In this document: positions 61,747-64,000 of the stretch, one piece after another
Numbering within the stretch: position 1 is the first letter of the stretch
Layout: every line of letters begins with the position of its first letter
Source of the DNA: an uncultured Acidobacteriota bacterium
GTDB lineage: Bacteria; Acidobacteriota; Vicinamibacteria; Fen-336
Reading direction: 5' to 3'
Assembly (NCBI GenBank): GCA_963831755.1
Contig: CAWHRC010000022.1
Span: 64,937 to 128,936, forward strand
Length of the DNA stretch: 64,000 bases
Notes under the pieces: model-generated
Seen by the model: the letters and a program-made list of their open reading frames with translations, nothing else
Told to the model about the DNA's origin: nothing
The model's database searches: none
Program-made: the position numbers and the translations under genes

Positions 61747-64000
61747 ATGTCGACCCACCCCGTGGAGAACCCGAGAGCAGACTCCCGCGCGGCGCAGCAA
61801 CCCGAAAAACGCGCGGGTCTGGCTTTCAGGCGCCACTTCACGAAGGCGGGACGGCACCCCTACGACGAGGTGACCTGGGAGCTGCGCTCGGCCGTGATCA
61901 ACGACGAGCGGGGCCAGGCCGTCTTCGAGCAGCACGGCGTCGAGGTTCCCAGCTCGTGGAGCCAGACCGCGACCAACATCGTCGCCTCCAAGTACTTCCG
62001 CGGCCAGCTCGGCGCGGAGGACCGCGAGCGCAGCGTGCGCGGCCTGATCTCGCGCGTGGTCGACACGATCCGCGGCTGGGCCGAGGCTCAGGGCTACTTC
62101 GCGACCCCGGAGGACCTGCAGGCCTTCTCCGACGAGCTGGCGCACCTCTTGGTCCAGCAGAAGGCCGCCTTCAACAGCCCAGTCTGGTTCAACGTCGGCA
62201 TCGAGAAGCACCCGCAGTCCTCGGCCTGCTTCATCAACGCCGTCCACGACACGATGGAGTCGATCTTGGGCCTCGCCCGCACCGAGGGCATGCTGTTCAA
62301 GTTCGGCTCGGGCACCGGCTCGAACCTCTCCTCGATCCGCTCCTCGCGCGAGCCGCTGGCCGGCGGCGGCACCGCCTCCGGCCCGGTTTCCTTCATGCGC
62401 GGCTACGACGCCTTCGCCGGCGTGATCAAGAGCGGCGGCAAGACGCGCCGCGCCGCGAAGATGGTGATCCTCAACGCCGACCACCCCGACGTGGTCGAGT
62501 TCGTCAACTGCAAGGCGGACGAGGAGAAGAAGGCCTGGGCGCTGATCGACGCCGGCTACGACGGCGCCTTCAACGTGCGCGGCGGCGCCTACGACTCGGT
62601 GTTCTTCCAGAACGCCAACCACTCGGTGCGCGTCACCGACGAGTTCATGCGCGCGGTGATCGACGACGGCGAGTGGCAGACGAGGTACGTGCTGTCGGGC
62701 GAGCCCTGCGAGCGCTTCCGCGCGCGCGAGCTGATGAAGATGATGGCGGACGCGGCCTGGCAGTGCGGCGACCCGGGCATCCAGTACGACTCGACCGTCA
62801 ACGACTGGCACACCTGCACGAACACGGCTCGCATCAACGGCTCGAACCCGTGCGTCACCGGCGACACGCTCGTGGCCACGGCCGAGGGTTGGCGCCGCAT
62901 CGACTCGCTGGTGGGCAAGACGGCGCGCGTGGTGGGTCTCGACGGCCAGCCGCACGTCGTCACTCGCGTCTTCCCGACCGGCAGGAAGCCGGTCTTCCGG
63001 CTGCGGACCCGCGCCGGCTACGAGCTGCGCCTCACCGCGGACCACAAGGTGTGGACACTCGATCGGGGCGACGTGCCGGCGAGCCGGCTCGAGGCCGGTG
63101 ACCGGCTTCAGCTCCAAGGCCCCGGCTTCGGCCGCCGCGCGCTCGGCGAGCGGCTGGCACTCGCGGTCGGCGTCGCCGTCGGCGACGGCTGCCTGACGCG
63201 TTCCCACGCCTCGGGGCGGACGCAGGAGATCGTGATCCTCACGATGGCGGCCCAGGAGCGGGGAGTGCTCGACCGGATCGCCGGCGTGCTGAACGAGGTG
63301 AAGGCCGAGCGCCGCGCCGTTGGTGCGGCCGGAAACCCCGGGCCCGTGCACGTCACGGCGAAGGGCACCGGCTCGCGCCTCAGCTTCTCGTCGCAGCCCG
63401 TGGTGGACCTCTTCAAGGAGCTCGCCGTCCTCGACGAGGGTAGCCATCGCAAGCGGTTCACGCCGGCGGTGTTCGAGCTCGACAAGGCGTCGATGGCGGG
63501 CCTGCTGCGCGGGCTGTTCACCGCCGACGGGACGGTGGCGAGTTCGAGCAGCGCTTCTCGCTACGTCTCGCTAGAGTCGAGTTCCCTCGATCTCCTTCAG
63601 CAGGTTCAGCTCTTGTTGCTCGGGTTCGGAGTCAAGGCGAGGCTCTACACGAATCGTCGCGGGGGTGTGACCGAACAGCTTCTTCCTGACGGCCGGGGCG
63701 GCGAGCGCACCTATCCCGTGCGCGAGATGCACTCGCTTCGCATCACCCGCACGTCGCGCTTCCTCTTCGAGCGCGAGATCGGCTTCGACCCCGCGAGCCC
63801 CAAGGCCGCGGCACTGCGGGCGATGAACGAGGAGTTCGGCGCCTACCAGGACGAGCTGGTAGACGAGGTTGCGGAGATCGAAGCCCTCGGTGAAGAGGAC
63901 GTCTTCGATCTGACGGAAGCATCCACTAAACACTTCTGCGCCAATGGTTTAGCGGTTCACAACTGCAGCGAGTACATGTTCCTCGACGACACCGCCTGCA
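61747..64000 (+). CDS. nrdJ: Class II (adenosylcobalamin-dependent) ribonucleotide reductase NrdJ, interrupted by an intein; 3' end lies beyond the window
   Basis: The frame is open from the ATG at 61747 to the window end and is absent from the ORF track because there is no stop. Motifs: WSQTATNIVASKYF, SACFI, FKFGSGTGSNLS, FMRGYDAFAGVIKSGGKTRRAAKM, INGSNPC ... SEYMFLDDTAC. Confidence 0.9.
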   Translation, partial: MSTHPVENPRADSRAAQQPEKRAGLAFRRHFTKAGRHPYDEVTWELRSAVINDERGQAVFEQHGVEVPSSWSQTATNIVASKYFRGQLGAEDRERSVRGLISRVVDTIRGWAEAQGYFATPEDLQAFSDELAHLLVQQKAAFNSPVWFNVGIEKHPQSSACFINAVHDTMESILGLARTEGMLFKFGSGTGSNLSSIRSSREPLAGGGTASGPVSFMRGYDAFAGVIKSGGKTRRAAKMVILNADHPDVVEFVNCKADEEKKAWALIDAGYDGAFNVRGGAYDSVFFQNANHSVRVTDEFMRAVIDDGEWQTRYVLSGEPCERFRARELMKMMADAAWQCGDPGIQYDSTVNDWHTCTNTARINGSNPCVTGDTLVATAEGWRRIDSLVGKTARVVGLDGQPHVVTRVFPTGRKPVFRLRTRAGYELRLTADHKVWTLDRGDVPASRLEAGDRLQLQGPGFGRRALGERLALAVGVAVGDGCLTRSHASGRTQEIVILTMAAQERGVLDRIAGVLNEVKAERRAVGAAGNPGPVHVTAKGTGSRLSFSSQPVVDLFKELAVLDEGSHRKRFTPAVFELDKASMAGLLRGLFTADGTVASSSSASRYVSLESSSLDLLQQVQLLLLGFGVKARLYTNRRGGVTEQLLPDGRGGERTYPVREMHSLRITRTSRFLFEREIGFDPASPKAAALRAMNEEFGAYQDELVDEVAEIEALGEEDVFDLTEASTKHFCANGLAVHNCSEYMFLDDTAC
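62851..63963 (+). mobile_element. Intein (371 aa) with a LAGLIDADG homing-endonuclease domain, inserted at the NrdJ NPC|SEY active-site motif
   Basis: Block A CVTGDTLV, block B LTADHKVW, DOD motifs LAVGVAVGDGC and LLRGLFTADGTV, block G GLAVHN followed by a +1 Cys (63964-63966). Boundaries verified against flanking track-ORF frames. Confidence 0.9.

Noticed and set aside
61599-63101. A 500-aa plus-strand ORF beginning at the TTGACA box.
   Set aside because: It is the -1 frame of nrdJ. Its translation is Arg/Gly/Pro-rich with no motifs, whereas the frame starting at 61747 gives an unmistakable class II RNR.

Overview
This is a very GC-rich bacterial chromosomal segment (GC judged by eye, not computed). 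I call about 55 protein-coding genes and found no rRNA, tRNA, CRISPR array or transposon. The gene content includes TIGR03436-type VWA proteins, a PEGA protein, TPR and HEAT Ser/Thr kinases and a TonB-dependent receptor. That mix suggests an Acidobacteria-like soil bacterium, but this is inference only.

Gene order, left to right:
- 48-4514: a NitT/TauT-type ABC transporter, then a membrane coiled-coil protein paired with an AAA+ ATPase.
- 4554-9299: a HEAT protein and a TPR Ser/Thr kinase, a fatty-acid desaturase, and a small membrane protein.
- 9404-23060: a YfcH-like epimerase, ettA, two tandem VWA genes, hemE, a PEGA protein, and a lipoprotein followed by a TonB receptor and a membrane protein.
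- 23146-29883: an epimerase-family SDR, then a tightly coupled QueD / GH88-like / SDR / VOC / methyltransferase block, a class IV aminotransferase and galM.
- 29903-33741: a TAT-exported xanthine-dehydrogenase-family enzyme with three subunits.
- 33969-41115: a HAIR operator followed by dnaK, dnaJ, hspR, a sigma factor, a DnaC-like ATPase, an RCK K+ channel and a cNMP-binding protein.
- 42172-49949: a sigma-54-driven YtxH-like gene, a beta-lactamase-family hydrolase, bacterial topoisomerase VI (A and B), psd, a phosphoesterase and an M23 peptidase.
- 49961-58656: a histidine kinase, a receiver, a Ser/Thr kinase with HEAT repeats, an M48 protease, a peroxiredoxin, and a large PA14/discoidin membrane protein.
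- 58657-64000: small genes, a SIS-domain protein, and a class II ribonucleotide reductase that runs off the window.

Most notable observations:
1. The peroxiredoxin has an in-frame TGA exactly at the peroxidatic-Cys codon, followed by a hairpin. It is a candidate selenoprotein that ORF callers split in two.
2. A 371-aa LAGLIDADG intein interrupts nrdJ at the catalytic NPC|SEY site.
3. A near-consensus sigma-54 promoter, with an upstream inverted repeat, precedes a YtxH-like gene.
4. An HspR/HAIR heat-shock cluster contains a DnaJ whose HPD motif reads HPA and extends into sigma-factor and ATPase genes.
5. Bacterial topoisomerase VI is present.
6. Frameshifts cluster strongly at about 30-33 kb and 41-51 kb, while neighbouring long genes stay intact. 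This needs read-level checking before any gene is called a pseudogene.
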